Positions 1 to 13,789 of a stretch of 64,000 nucleotides of DNA are shown here, piece after piece. Every line of letters begins with the position of its first letter. The first letter of the stretch is position 1. Below the pieces are notes generated by a model. That model had not been told where the DNA came from. It did no database searches and saw only the letters and a program-made list of their open reading frames with translations. The DNA comes from Podarcis cretensis (Eukaryota). The stretch is from positions 32,116,001 through 32,180,000 of the forward strand of contig OX638158.1 of NCBI GenBank assembly GCA_951804945.1, given 5' to 3'. The translations under genes and the position numbers were made by a program.

Positions 1-3000
1 ACGGGATAGCATATAATTTACTGAGGGTGGTGAGAAAACAGGCAGGTTTTCAGAACCAGAGATGTGGGAAGGGAAGGAGCAGGGCAGTGACAAAGAGACT
101 GGTAGTTGTTCCACAAACCTTTCTTTGATTGTAAGATAATCAAGATGATTTACTGATGTTGAATGGGATTTTGAATTGATTCATCTATAGCCAGGGAACA
201 TGATGCTCCTAGACTTTTGTTGTTCTATCTCCCCTGCTCCCTTTTTAAACATGATTTTTCAATCTACCACTTTTCAAGATACTGTTTTGCGGTGTTTGGT
301 AAATAAGAGGGAGGGGGCTTCTCACTTTGGTTCCCAAGCCCCTGGATCCTTTATTTGGGGTGCCTGATTGCTGGAATATTGCAGCATCATGGACATGAGC
401 ATAGAGAGATAGTGGAGAAATGATGAGCAAGTGGGGTTTTGTTCAGTGTTGGTGGCTGTGCAGTGCTGTGTGCTTCTTCTCCACAGACACCCAAACTATT
501 GTGTAGAAGAATAAGGAAGTAAAACAAGCCCAGTTCAACCTATCTTTAAAATTTTGAGGTGACTCCGGTGGTTGCTGTAGGCAGTAGTAAAAAATAAGAT
601 ATTTTTCTCTGTGTATTCTAAGATTAAATCTTACCTCCTCCTTTCTGCCCATTCCAATCCCTCTCAGGTGAGGGAGGACAATGAATTTCTAGTCCAGCTA
701 GAAAGATTATCACTACGTTGCCTTTGGAGATTGAGGCAACAGTATATTCCCTGCCTTCCCATATAGCTTATTCTGTTACCCAAAAAGCAAATTGATAACA
801 GATTATTGTGTTGGACCTTTGTTTGTTAAGCATAGCATTGAAGATTCTTCCTCCTACAGTTGGAGCAATTGCACAATGCAGTCTTTACCTCTCCATAGAG
901 ACACCTAAAACCAAGATGCTCTTTTGAGGATTGACATGTGCTTAAGAAAAAATAATGTTTGCAGGTTGTGCAGAGAGCCTGCTCAGTTGTTACTGAAAGT
1001 GTGTCAGTTCCACCTTAGTGGTGCCCCCCCCCCCATATTGGATAGATGTGTGTGTCTGCAAAGACTAAAAAGCAATGATAGCAGAAATTGACAGAAATTA
1101 TGTAAAAGGAATCCCGCCGTTTAGATTAAAAAATGTTTGCCATATAAAAAACAGAGTCAGGTTGGAAACTTTTTTTTTTTTTTGCCATGTAAAATATGTG
1201 GTGCCACTCGGATAATAAAAAAAGTAACTATACTTGAAATCAAAGATAGAATTAAATGCAGAGAGAGAAGTTAAAAATGTTTCCACAAGAGAAACTGGTT
1301 AAACCAAGGTTACAAAGAAGGAGAATAAAACCTTTCTTGCATATGAATGTTTTATTTCCAAAACTAATAGAATATATTATCTACAAATAGCCTCCAGCCA
1401 CAAGAACACATTAAATCAGCTTTCTGTCCCCTCTCTGACAGTGGACAAGGTTCCTAGAAGGCAATATGATCTCTTTTATAGCAGTACTATTTAACACACC
1501 TTTTGAAGTGAGTTTCCAGAGGCGATTGTCCAAAGCATGCTTTCTATGAGTTAAGTTCCATTGAACGCCATGGGGGCTGCTTTAGGGGTAAGCATGTTCA
1601 GCACTGGGCTGTAAATATCTGCAAAAATGATGAGAACATTAAACAAAACATTCTGTGAAATAGGGGTTGAAGAAGGGGGAAAAGTGCTTTCATTTTATGA
1701 CACTTGGCATGATGTGTGTGTTGGACACATCTGTTCTGGATAAGAATGCAGGTGATCTAAAATGTGCAGGACTTATATTTTTGCAAGCTAAAATGCTCAG
1801 CACTTGTGACTGAACAAGTTGGCGCAATTCTATTTTTGGGTCTAAGAGGAAATGCACTAATATGTGTATTACAAATTAGTATGCAGTATTGGAATATTTG
1901 CTTTATGTTTTGCAAGCAGATGATGTGTGATCTGAATGAGGAGGTTTCATGCTGAGATGTATCTATCTAGGACCTGCAGTCTTGGTTATACTATCTATTT
2001 TATGAAATTGTCCAACTAAGAGCTTTTGATATTTAATCAAATTTTATAACCCTTTCCTACTTAAATAATATTAATTAAGATATTATAAGCTATCCCTATA
2101 GACATGAAGAGGCCCAAATAATTGTGATAAGGAAGGGGAAGTAGAGTGAGCAGGGGAACATAAGATCACTAGGTTAGGGTTCTCTGAAACCTTTTGTTGC
2201 TTTATTTTCTTTCTAACTGATGATCAGATGCCCCATTACTCATTTTTGTCAGTATCTGGCCTTCACACTTATTAACCCACTTGTACCTATCGTAAAACCA
2301 GTTTAAAGATATTCGCTTTTTTATAAGCAAAACCAGCTACTTGTTTTCAAATAGGCTTATTTTGTTAGACGAAAAACTCATATTCCTAAAGAGGAGATGT
2401 AGGTACTTTTCATTGCTATCTTCTAGGAGAAGGTTATAGCTTTTTGTGTGTTTGACTCCCAATGAATGGTAGTCATGTACCCTGACCACCACCATTCCAT
2501 GGCATAATCCACACATACTTTTCTTGAAAGCTATGATTCCCTTTTATTGATTTGATTATTCTAGAATTTGAAACAAAACCACTCATATCATGTTATGTGT
2601 CTTCCATTGGCCTAGATTTTGATAAAAAGGGAGTTGGCATTTTCTGCTGTCTTGCCAGTTTAGTAGTCTTAATTAATTTGACACTGGATTAAGCAAAGCC
2701 ACAGAAATTCAACTGCAGCTGAATGAGCCAAATCACTCCCCTTCCCACACATAAGCATTCTGTGTATTTGCTTGTTGTCTGCTTGGCCATTATGCTTTCA
2801 GTCTGTTGGTCCTATTTCTCAAAATACTGATGAGAGCAATTGACCAGCTTCTGGAGTTGAAATGTTAACCTATTTGGGACAGACAGAGGAAAACACACAT
2901 AAGAAAATGGATGTTTAAAATTCTTAAACTATCTGCATCTAGAAATGTAACTATATAAGTGTATGCTCTACCATGAGTTATAATATGTGAATTTATTTAG

Positions 3001-4320
3001 ATTATGGGGTGGGAAATGTTTCCTTTCCTCTTTAATTAAAAAATAAACTGCTTTGCAGCCTTTTTTACTCCAATCAATACTACTTTGATGGGGGAGAAAA
3101 GGGCTTTTGTGGTTTATGGAAGCAGAGTTTATAGGGGTGGGAACACATATTCCTGGGCATTGCAGTGAGAATCAACTTTTGTTTTTTCCTGATATGATAA
3201 CCTGATATGTGGTGTTGCAGTATTTTGTCACTGGACTTGTTCTAGTGTGTATATATGTAACCCTTCCATAAAACATATATACACAGGTATTAAATATATC
3301 ACTCTATATAATATTATATATGTATGTGGTATCGAAGGAATCTTTTTTTATTGAGGGTTAAGGAAAAGGACTCTAGCTAGGGAAATGCAGCATCTCTTAT
3401 TGAAACAAAATGATGTTGGGGGGAGGAATAGTTCTGTTGCGTTGAAAAAGAATTATTTATGCTGACAGGGGATCATTACTCCAATTAGTGGTGAACTCAC
3501 CCATGTAAATATCTGCCCATTCCATGGAAAGAAATGTTCATCTAATAAATAAGGTGCTAAAGAAAGCCTTTTGATTATTTTCTTAAGAAAATGGACGTTG
3601 TCAAGAGCAGGGGGTGGCCCTTTGTCTTTATATAAATAGGATGGGATTATTTTTTGTGCTATAGCATCTCACTGTATCCATAGCACTTCAGTAATCAAGG
3701 GTGTCAGCACACTGCTCCAGAACAACTGAATAAAAGAAATAAGCATTTGGATAACTACCATAAATGACCTAGCAAGGGAAAGATTTTCAGGAGGGCAGAC
3801 ACATCTGAGAATTATAATGAAATTAGGTCACTGGTTATGTTTTTTAATACTGAACAAACTGTGCTACAAAGAGCTTGGCAATGCCCCTTTCTTAACATAA
3901 AATAAAGTTATTGGTTCAGTCACTGTATTATAAAATGCTCCAAAAATGGAGGTAGGACTCCTTTCCCAGATCCTCAAAGTTGAGGGAACGGTAGGTTTGA
4001 ATGGGATAGTAATTAACCAGGCCTTCAACCAGGCCATCCCTAAGAAATTGAGTGATAGGGGAAAGCCAGTGAAGGGAGATGCTATATTTCTAAGCTGCTC
4101 TTGTAATAAGTTGGAGAGTCCTTCAAAATGTCTTTGTATTAGTATATTTTAAGAATACCACGCTTTACTATTACAAAGAAATCCATAGTACCTTTCAGAA
4201 GGTCTAGTATCCAAGATAATAATGTAGATGTTCTAACAACTTTCTTGTTCCTAATGAGACAGATTTGCTTCTTTTAGCCTTTGTAATAGAAAATAAAAGT
4301 GTGCACTTTAAACCCTCACC
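1..4320 (+). other. Probable 3'UTR/terminal region of upstream gene (ZC3H7B by synteny)
   Basis: No coding exon seen. AT-rich and TE-poor, with several AATAAA (1324, 3042, 4292; the last has TGTA upstream). The gene identity rests only on the amniote order ZC3H7B-TEF-TOB2. Confidence 0.4.
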
Positions 4321-4536
4321 ATGTGTGCTGTATTATTCCTTGGACGAGAATGGCAAGGTGGCTCACCTGTTTCTTCATGCGTGGGCAATATGGCTGGTAT
4401 GAAACATGATCAAAAAGTGATTCATTTGTGACCTAGGATTGATCTTTCTGTTTTAGCTACCAAGTTTAGGTATCAAGTCTCATATCACACAGTTCCCATG
4501 ATGTCACTACTCTCATTACTTACATACTTCATATGT

Positions 4537-4657
4537 GGGGAACCTCCAGATGCTGCTGAATTACAACTCTTATCATCCCTGGCAATTGGCCATGCTTGCT
4601 GGGACTGTTGGGAGTTGTAGTTCAGCAACATGTAGAAAGCCAAAGTTTCCCTACCCT
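4537..4657. mobile_element. Short palindromic MITE-like repeat (related copies ~5270-5370, 12860-12990, 49655-49770, 54825-54895)
   Basis: Fold-back GATGCTGCTGAATTACAACTC…GAGTTGTAGTTCAGCAACAT, recurring in the window. Confidence 0.65.
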
Positions 4658-4827
4658 TGATGTCCTTGGTCAGCACTCCTGATCAAATGACTGTTGATCC
4701 ATCCCACTTGTACGTACCACAATGACATTGGCATTGCTTACTGAAAAACAGTGTGGCAAGAATTTATTTCTACACCACTGGTTTGTTACCCAGGTGAGGG
4801 AACACATGAAATAAAAACATGGAACTA

Positions 4828-5069
4828 CAGTGGTACCGCGGGTTAAGTACTTAATTCGTTCCGGAGTTGCTTTCTTAACCTGAAACTGTTCTTAATCTGA
4901 AGCACCATTTTAGCTAATGGGGCCTCCTGCTGCCGCCACGCTGCCGGAGCATGATTTCTGTTCTCATCCTGAAGCAAAGTTCTTAACCTGAGGTACTATT
5001 TCTGGGTTAGCAGAGTCTGTAACCTGAAGCGTATGTAACCTGAAGCGTATGTAACCCAAGGTACCACTG
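4828..5069 (+). mobile_element. pogo/Tigger-like MITE (242 bp), family A
   Basis: TIRs CAGTGGTACC…GGTACCACTG with TA target duplication on both sides; multiple copies in window. Confidence 0.9.
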
Positions 5070-6434
5070 TAAGAGAATAAAAGCAAGTGCAACAGATCCA
5101 AGTTAGGGACCTAGTTTATTAACTACTGCACATGAGGACAAAACAACTTAGCAGGGTTGTTCTTGCCAAACTGCCAGTTAAGAGAGTCTGCCCAGAGGCA
5201 AATCAGAACAAAGCTTATACAGTATAGTAGTTCAAGCACAGCACTCTTAAAGAGTCATATAACATCAAACCTTCTACTTTACATCTACCCCAGCCAATAA
5301 GGCCAGGGGCCAGGGATGGTGGGAATTGTAGTCCAAAAGCATTTGGAGGTCCACAGGTTTTCCAACTGTAGTATAGACTGGCTAAATATGCTGATCATGC
5401 TTGATTTTTAAAAAATGATCATCAGCAGGAGAGAAGTCCAGAGGAAGATCTTCTGAAACTCTAATTCTGCCTACATGCAGTAAAGTGTGTGTAAAGGAGA
5501 GAGAGAAGATGTATGTAAACCATTAAACTTGCTGCATGGTTCACATTCATGCAAATCCTGCCTAATCTGAGAGGCGGTGCCTGTGCCATGCAAGAAGGTG
5601 GTTATGTACTTTATAAGCACATTGACAGTTCTTGTTGCTATTTAGAGATGTTAGCACATGGCCCATACATTCATGGGGCTTGTGCCTTATTACAAAGAGT
5701 TGTGTACAGTTAGCTTGGTGTACTTCACTATACCTCAGGTTAATCAGCTCTTCAGCCTCCCAGGCTTCTGTGGTAGCAAATTGTCACAAAGCAAATTGCT
5801 GTTTGAAGATGTCAATAATCACAATTTAGGGTTATAAATACATGTAACCATGATTGGCGCTTTTGGCCATATAGTATTGTAGTGCAACTTCATCTGAGAC
5901 AATATTTCAAATATGTGACTTAAAGCATTTCCCCCCCACCTGCTGCTGATGTGCAGGTGTAAAAGACGAAAAAAACAACAACCCTGGAGTGAAAGTTCAC
6001 AAAACGGCTTGCTGAATGCCTTGTGGAGGGATGGAAGAGGCCTGTAATTTTGTGGTGGTGTTTTTTTTAAATCAAAACTGGTGTCAGATGATTATACCCC
6101 CATTGCTGATCAAAGTGAGGGGAAGTACACAGCCACCGAAGAGTCTTAACTTTGAGAGGAAAAGGGGAAATGGAAGTCCATGGGATGGTGTGGGCCACAG
6201 GAAGTGCTTATTTTAGGATGTCACATGTACTGTTTACTAATAATTGGGACATTCATGCCATCACACACTGATTGGCATGAGGACTACTGAGGTCAGGCAA
6301 AGGACGTCAGACGAGCCCTGCCTGATCTCACTGTGGTCAGCCAGATGCCTGGGGGGAGCCACAAGCAGGACATGAGCACAAACGGTACTCTGCCCTCAGT
6401 CTGGATTCAGTCACTGGCTAGAAGGTCCAGAGGC

Positions 6435-7260
6435 TTTTCTCCCTCATAATATTAAAGCTGGGGAAGATGGCAGTGAAGCTGAATGTTAGAAGCACAAAGC
6501 ATAAAGGAAAGGAGGTACTTCTTTACACAGCACGTAGTTAAACTACAGAATACGCTCCAGTAAGATGTAGTGATGTCCACCAAGTTAAATGGCTTTAGAA
6601 GGATTGACAAACTCATGGAGGATAAAGCTAAGTCCTACCTCTGCCTTCAGAGGTAGCATTGTGTGTACAGTGGTACCTCAGGTTAAGTACTTAATTCGTT
6701 CTGGAGGTCCGTTCTTAACCTGAAACTGTTCTTAACCTGAAGCACCACTTTAGCTAATGGGGCCTCCTGCTGCTGCAGCGCCGCCAGAGCACAATTTCTG
6801 TTCTCATCCTGAAGCAAAGTTCTTAACCTGAGACACTATTTCTGGGTTAGCGGAGTCTGTAACCTGAAGCGTATGTAAACTGAGGTACCACTGTATCAGT
6901 TTCCAGGAAGTGCAAGTGGGGCCAGTGCCATTGCACTCAGGTCCTGCTTATGGAAAAGAATACTGGGCTAGATCCAGCTTACGTTCTCTTAGGGCTGCAA
7001 GGGACAGGGTTCTACAGGCCCTCTTCCATCCAAAGAAAAGGCTGCTTGGCTGTCATAAGAACATAAGAGGCTGCTGGATCAGGCCAGTGGCTCATCTTGT
7101 CCAGCATTCTGTTCCCACCATGGCCGACCACATGCCTGTGGGAAATCCCCAAGCAGGTTCTGAGCACAGGAGCCCTCTCCCCTCCAGCGGTTTCCAGCAA
7201 CTTGTATTCAGAAGCTTTGCTGCCTCTGACTCTGGAGGCATGGTCATTGTGGCTACTAAC
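6435..7260. mobile_element. Two CR1-clade 3'-end remnants in opposite orientation (+ ~6435-6990; - ~7055-7260)
   Basis: TTCTTTACACAGCACGTAGTTAAACTA…ATGGAGGATAA on +, and a CATAAGAACATAAGA tail on the opposite copy; boundaries approximate. Confidence 0.6.
6668..6893 (+). mobile_element. pogo/Tigger-like MITE (226 bp), family A, inserted in a CR1-type 3' remnant
   Basis: Same TIRs and TA TSD; one 16-bp subterminal repeat shorter than the 242-bp copies. Confidence 0.9.
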
Positions 7261-8069
7261 TACTCATGGTTTTCCCCAAGGATTGTCTTGTCAGTTGCCC
7301 CGAAACTGTAGTTAGGTGAAAGAAAAAACATACCGGCTGCAGTCATTGGTTAGTGGCTTAAGAACAGGTGGGAGGCTCCCCATCCCTCAGAGCAAGAGCA
7401 GACATAACAGCTACCCAGCTACCATCTGCTCTCAGAGTCACTGCCAAGTGGGGAGGGTGGCTATGCAAAAGTTAGGAAGAATCCAATTATATTTTTTAAA
7501 ACAATTCTTTACAAAATATTTGTACAAGTTGCTGAGAGCCTTAAGTGGCATGGGACATAAATTGAATAAATACATAACCGTTTGAAACTGTTAGGAAACT
7601 TTCTCAGTTTTTTGTTTTGTTTTCAATTTGTGATTAAGTGGTTTGCCATGTTTGGCTATGTATTTCTAACATGATCCAAATGCATTCGGCAGCTATGAAT
7701 GATCAGGTCTGGCAAAGCGCTGGAAAAATGCTTCCAAGTCTCTGTTAATTAGCTTCAGTTTTTACTGGTTTTAGTTTCTTCATCCAAACGCATAGGTTTC
7801 TAGATGGGACTCAACCACCTGGTCACCATCTGGTAATTCTGATATACTTTTTTTCTTTTAAGTGTATCATCACCATCATTCTATTTGACATTTTATTTTC
7901 TTCCCCAAAGGCAGCTGTTTCAGCTATTGGTGTATCATATCCACTGTGCCCAAGAGAACGGGCAACCAATCTGATATATTAAAGAGAACATTGGCTGTGA
8001 ACATGTTGGAGACTTGGGTTCAAATTCTCACTCAGCTATGGAGATCTATTCTATAGATCTGGTGGGACA

Positions 8070-8563
8070 CAGTGGTACCTTGGTTCTCAAACTTAATCCA
8101 TTCCGGAAGTCCATTCCAAAACCAAAGTGTTCCAAAACCAAGGCATGCTTTCCCATAAAAAGTAATGCAAAATGGATCAATCCATTCCAGACTTTTAAAA
8201 ACAACCTCCAAAACAGCAATTTAACATGAATTTTCCTATCTAACGAGACCATTGATCCATAAAATGAAAGCAATAAACAATGTACTGCAGTCACACAATC
8301 AATCAGTAGCTGAACTGGGTTCCACATGGTCACACACCAAAAAAAAGAGCCACATAAACACAAAATAAATAGCAAAAACAGACAGACATCAGCATAACTC
8401 TCCAAACGAAAGTGTGGCACTCAAACTGGAAGTGTAACACTCAAAACGGAGCATGTTTGACTTCCAAAAATATTTGCTAACCAGAACACACACTTCCAGG
8501 TTTGCAGTGTTTGGGTTCCAAGTTGTTTGAGAACCAAGGCATTTGAGAACCAAGGTACCACTG
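8070..8563. mobile_element. pogo/Tigger-like MITE (494 bp), related family B
   Basis: TIRs CAGTGGTACCTTGGTTCTCAAA…TTTGAGAACCAAGGTACCACTG, followed by TA on the right. Confidence 0.88.
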
Positions 8564-10739
8564 TATTTGGTCTATTCTCTTGTGGTGACAACGGTATTCA
8601 GCTTTCAGGCTGCTAGGCTAATTAGGCTTGGCACACCCACAAATGTGACGGGTGTGTGTGTGTTGCAGGCATTTCAGTTCCTCGCACTGGGCAAGGATCT
8701 TGCAGGTAAGCCCTCCAGGCTCCAAGCAGTGTGTGGGAGGGACTTGTGTAAGGGGTGCCAGGGAAGAGCTGAGGCTTGTTAACATTGCTTCTGGGCAACT
8801 TGTCTAGGTGTGAAGCGTGACTGGGGGATGGGATAGCTGACTGCACCCACTGGAATAATCACAGTTTTAAGCAGGCTTTGCAACACCTATTGCTACTGGA
8901 CTGAGATGCTGACATAATCACACAACTGATTCAAAATGGTACCAGTCTGTCTCTTTGTATAAAGCAGGCTGCATACACTCCACCCAAAGAACCCTGGGAA
9001 CTGTAGTTTGTTAAAGGTGCTGGGAACTGTAGCTTTGTGAAGGGTTAACTACAGTTCACAGGATTTAGGAGACGCTGCCTTAAAGTATGTTATGTTCACA
9101 GTGTGGTAAAGTATTTGAACATAATTAGGAACATGATGGCAAAAGTAAGAAGATTAATTAGCAGCTTTGGATGATCCCTCTCAGTATCAAGCTATATAGC
9201 ATTAGGAATTAGAGTTATACTTGAGACCAGAAGGGCTCTAAACTTGCCCTGTGGGGCTCTAGATATTGCTGCACCTCTATTCTCACCATCCCTGGCCACT
9301 GGCCTTGCTGGGTGGCGCTGAATGGCTCAGTCCAGAATCTAGTTCAGAAATAGCAAGAGCATGTTTAACAAAACTCAAAGTCTGCTTTATTCAGATAGTG
9401 TTGCAGCTAATGAACTAGCCTAAGCTGTTAAAAGGCACCTCTAGCCACCAACGACACTTGTGCCCCAAATATAGCGCCACCCCCAGACTATGTATAAGGT
9501 CACTGCTCTGTTTTAGTTTTGTATAAATATGGCTTTTAGATAAACAGTAGAGAAAGGTTCCTGGAAATCTTGCAACAGATTTTCTGCTGATGCCATAGAA
9601 GCAGAAACTAGATTACAAGTATGGTGTTTTCCACACCCACTAACTCTGAAGCTTAAAGCAGCAGCATGGTGTGTCATTTTACTCCATGAGAAACAGGGTG
9701 AATGAAAGTGACCCATAATTCTACGGTCTTAGCTACATTGGTGGCACATGCTATAACTTTGGTAGAGTGTATTTGACATCACATGTGCACCCAGCAGCAA
9801 AATCAAGAGCAAAGCAGTATCTCTTTAAACTCATTAAACACCACAAACTAAAACAGCTCAAACAAGTTCCCCGCTACCTGCATTGAATGCCACAAATTCC
9901 CACCAATCATAGATGAGTATCCCCATAGCATCTTCAAATTAGCCATATGCAGAATGTGGATCTACACACGGCAATTAATTTCCCCTATGATTCCTTTACC
10001 CCACACCCAGGCCAGATTAAAGGACCCCACAGCGCAATTCTCACACACCATCAATCACTCCAAGAATTGTGTGTGATGAACCACTTGAACTTCAGGTGGT
10101 CATCTTCTTTGTGAAGAATGGGAGCACAGAATTACGTAGTTTGTGGGTAGCAGGGTTAGTTTGTGGGCAGCAGTTGTGATTCCACCTGAAAGACTGCTTT
10201 GTTGCAAACAGAAGCAAGCAAACAAACAAACTCTACCGCTTCTGCCTTGCAGCTTCTATTGCCAGGTCATATATTAGGTAACTGAATTAGGTACCATGGG
10301 GTTTTATCCAAGAGATAGAATTGTGATTATACTACTTAAGGTTTATCTAACTTAAGACTAAGACCTTTGATCCTATGGGTCATGACCCCACACAAGACAC
10401 TGAGTAGCATATGAAAAATAAATATAGACTGTCGCCTACAGTATTTTGATGGAGAAATCAGAAATACTGGCTAAGAGGTGGCAGCTTCCAGGGTCACGCT
10501 GCGAACCCCTTCTTAAGAAGACGCATGATTTGCAAAGCCGCTCCACAGTCTGAAAACAAAACAAGACCAGGAGGAACTACGGTAACTAATGCATTTATTC
10601 TGCCTGATCGAGAGAGCAACCTATGATTTACTGGCCTGAGGTTGGCATTGTACTTTATGGTTGTGATAGACTTGTTGCGCCGACTGTCAGAATCCTCCTT
10701 TGATTTCTTGCCCGTCTCTTCACACTTGAGATTTAAGCC

Positions 10740-11560
10740 TTTCCTGCGACCGAGCCCATTTCCTCTCGCAAGTTAGGTAACCGGCCCAGTTCTTTAGGGC
10801 CTGATTGGCTGCAGCGGGCGCTGTAAACCAGACCGACCCGGCCCTGTTTGTCATTGGCCAGCGGGGAGTGGGCGGGGCGGGCTGAAGAGTTCTGGGCTGC
10901 GTCCGTCTCTGATTGGCTGTTCCTCTGGCAGCCTCCCCCTGCCAGGAGTTGTTGAGCAACATCGCTCCGGGCTCCTCTTGTGACTTCTGCTGAAAGCCCG
11001 TTCTCCGCGCTCAGACACGCGGCCGGCCCTTCTCTTGGGAAGAAGAAACGGGATCGTCCTTCCCCAGCCCAAGGCGGGAAATGTCCAGCTGCAGCAGACT
11101 CGGAGCCCCTCCTGCCATGGATTTTCCTGAAGTGCTGAAGTCTCTTCTGGAGTACTCTGTGCCCTGGACGGGATCTCTGAAAGGTAGGATGGGCGCGCCA
11201 CTCCTTTTGCCCCAAAACCAGATTGGGAGAGGGAGGGGTGGCGGCATAATATATATTGGCTTTGGCTCTTCTTTAATTCGACCTAAGCCACGAGGATCGG
11301 GAAAGTCGAGAGGAGCGACACGTGCTGAGAGCCACACTTTTCTGGTGCTGCTACATTAGGTGTGGGTCGGGGAGGGGGCGGCCGGAGACTTTGGAAGAAG
11401 CTGTCAGATACGTGGTGGGTGTCTTGTGTGGATGGTCCGGTTTGATCTCTCAGCTCAAGCAACTGCTGCTGCTGCTGGAGCCGTTCTACTTGGGCATCAA
11501 AAACTCCCAGGATTTCCATACCTTTTAATTCCGCGAGCTCAGCTCCGGCGGATCATGACC
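10740..11560 (+). promoter_or_regulatory. TEF distal promoter/CpG island (exon 1a)
   Basis: CpG-rich. Three reverse CCAAT boxes (ATTGG near 10804, 10853, 10912), GC boxes GGGCGGGGCGGG near 10870, D-box-like GTTAGGTAAC 10772-10781, and E-box CACGTG 11319-11324 in the intron. Confidence 0.8.
11081..11183 (+). CDS. TEF: TEF alternative first coding exon 1a (distal promoter)
   Basis: Encodes MSSCSRLGAPPA-MDFPEVLKSLLEYSVPWTGSLK, resembling the alternative TEF N-terminus I recall (MDMPEVLKSLLEHSLPW). Ends at donor AAG|gtagga in phase 1, which joins exon 2 as G|AT = Asp. A second in-frame ATG at 11117 has strong Kozak context GCCATGG. Confidence 0.92.
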
Positions 11561-11571
11561 ACAACTGCCTG

Positions 11572-11710
11572 ATTTTTAGAAGACATCTGAAGGCAGCCCT
11601 GTTTAAGGAAGTTTTTAATGTTTGATGTTTTATCGTGTTTTTAATATTCTATTGGGAGCCGCCCAAAGTGGGGAAACCCCGCCAGATGGGCGGGGTATAA
11701 ATAATAAATT
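11572..11710 (+). mobile_element. L2-type LINE 3' end
   Basis: TTTTAGAAGACATCTGAAGGCAGCC…CAGATGGGCGGGGTATAAATAATAAA; a homologous copy lies at ~15070-15305. Confidence 0.65.
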
Positions 11711-13615
11711 GCTACTACTACAACAGCAACGTCAAAGGGCTTCCAATGAGATCCCACAGGTTTAAAGCAGTGTCACGTCGTTTTATGGCTCTGTATCTGA
11801 GGCATAAGTTGCTGCTTTGCTGCTTCTCCCTCCACCTCCCATATGAAATAGAGCCATCCGGGAGTAAGTGCTCCGATGGGCTTTGGGATCCGTTGGCTGA
11901 TGCTTTCTCTTTCCCGTTATGTAGGCGTTTGTTTTGGGGTTGTTGTTTTTAAGTCGCTCGCTGCATTTCTGGCTATTGGGCAGGAACTCGTCTAAATGCT
12001 GTGGTGCGTATTTTAGATATGGTCCTGGTTACTATAACACAAGCTGGTGCTCATTTCGGGGTCCCAAACATGTGCAATAAGGCGGATTTTTGTGGGGCAA
12101 TGTAGTGAGTTGATGCAGTGGGGAAAGCCTGTTAAAAGAAATTGCCTGCTGTGTGGACTGACTGTGGCAACAGGAGAGAGATGATGGCAAAAGTTCGGTT
12201 GGAATGTTGTGCCATGTTGAAAATGGGACTAAAGGAGAATACTTGTTGTTTTTTAGGTCCCTCTAGCATCTTACTTTTGTCATTGTCGTGTTCGTCCTCT
12301 ACTTCTTCCTTTCAGAAACCTTTGCAACAAGCCACTGGTATAAAAACGGAGCCAGATGTCTGTTCTGTGACACCCGCCCCCAGAACTATTTGATATTACT
12401 GTAAAAGATCATTGGAAACAGGAGGTCTAATTTAGCTCTGGCAAAATAATTACAACTGCACCCAAGAGGAAAAATTATGCAGACCAGACAGTTAATCCAG
12501 AATCAAATAGTATGTAATTGTTATGATAGGTGGTTGTTTTGACAGTTTATATACTACCTAATTATAAATGTATCCAAGTGGTTTACATCAAGTTCAACAA
12601 ATAACAATACAGATTAAATCTGTTAAAAACTATTAAATCAGAAATTACTTAAAATATCTACTGGAATAAAGAAAAGGATTTGGGTTCAACAGGGAGCGGG
12701 GGGATGCTTGATATTAGTTAAGAGGCAGTTCCACAAAATTGGCTCCACAATTCTGAATGCACAGCTCCTGATGGATAAGAGTTGTGCTTCCAAGACATTC
12801 AGTTCTGAAGGGCTGAAACTACCTAGCAGATTTTAGATAAACAACATGTGAAGAACAGAGGCGGGCAACGTGCAGTCTTCCAGATGTTGTGATACTACTC
12901 CAACTCCCATCAGCCCCTACCAGGATGGTTGATGGGCAGGGATGCTGGCAGCTGCAGCCCAGTAACATTTGGAGGTTACAGGTTGTCTGTCTCTGGTTTT
13001 GTTTGAACATACAAAGGAAACAGATCTTTGAGGGCGATGATTTACTTTTCACTGGATGTGGTTTATCTTGGCTACTCAGAAGCTGAATTCTTAGATTATG
13101 CTATCTTTGAAACGTTGTCAAGGGAACCTCCCTCTCCCTTAAGCAAACAACTTTCCATTTTTACTTGCGTTGTTCTTTGTAACTTAAATAAAGCAAATGC
13201 ACATGAACACACACAGAGAGGTTGCTATTCATTCCTCTAAAACAGGAATGGGTAACTTTCCTCCCGCCCAATGGCCTCCTTCACCTTGGATCACCTTTCT
13301 GGGGTTCACAAGCTAGCAGTGGGTGTGGCCATCCACACACACTCACACACATTCCTGGAACATACAAGTTCACAGCATCCTCCTTCGGTTGATCCATGTG
13401 GTTCAGCTGTCACCCACTCTCCACACATCACATGATTAAGCTGATGAACAGGGAGGGACCACCCCAATGAGGGTGCTTAGCTCTACCTGCCTCAGTGCTG
13501 CCTGTTTTATTTTATTTTATTTTATCTGCTGCTACCCAAATCAGTGTGATCTTGCAGGGGCAGAATTTTTGTAGAGGAGGGCTAGATCAGACCCCCAAGA
13601 AGTGGGGCTCCCAAA

Positions 13616-13621
<6 letters not shown>

Positions 13622-13656
<35 letters not shown>
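13622..13656. repeat. (AT)n microsatellite
   Basis: Direct reading. Confidence 0.95.
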
Positions 13657-13662
<6 letters not shown>

Positions 13663-13716
13663 AGACCACCCTTCATCATAAGATCTCAGGGCGGATCCCA
13701 GACTTACATTGTATTC

Positions 13717-13764
13717 TATTTATGTTTTGCTGTACCTGCCTATTTATGTTTTGCTGTACCTGCC
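13717..13764. repeat. Perfect 24-bp tandem duplication
   Basis: TATTTATGTTTTGCTGTACCTGCC x2. Confidence 0.9.
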
Positions 13765-13789
13765 TATTTTGTTGTTCACTGTCTTTTTA

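Noticed and set aside
10720-11572. Cluster of antisense ORFs over the distal promoter
   Set aside because: GC-rich promoter with no recognisable protein motif.
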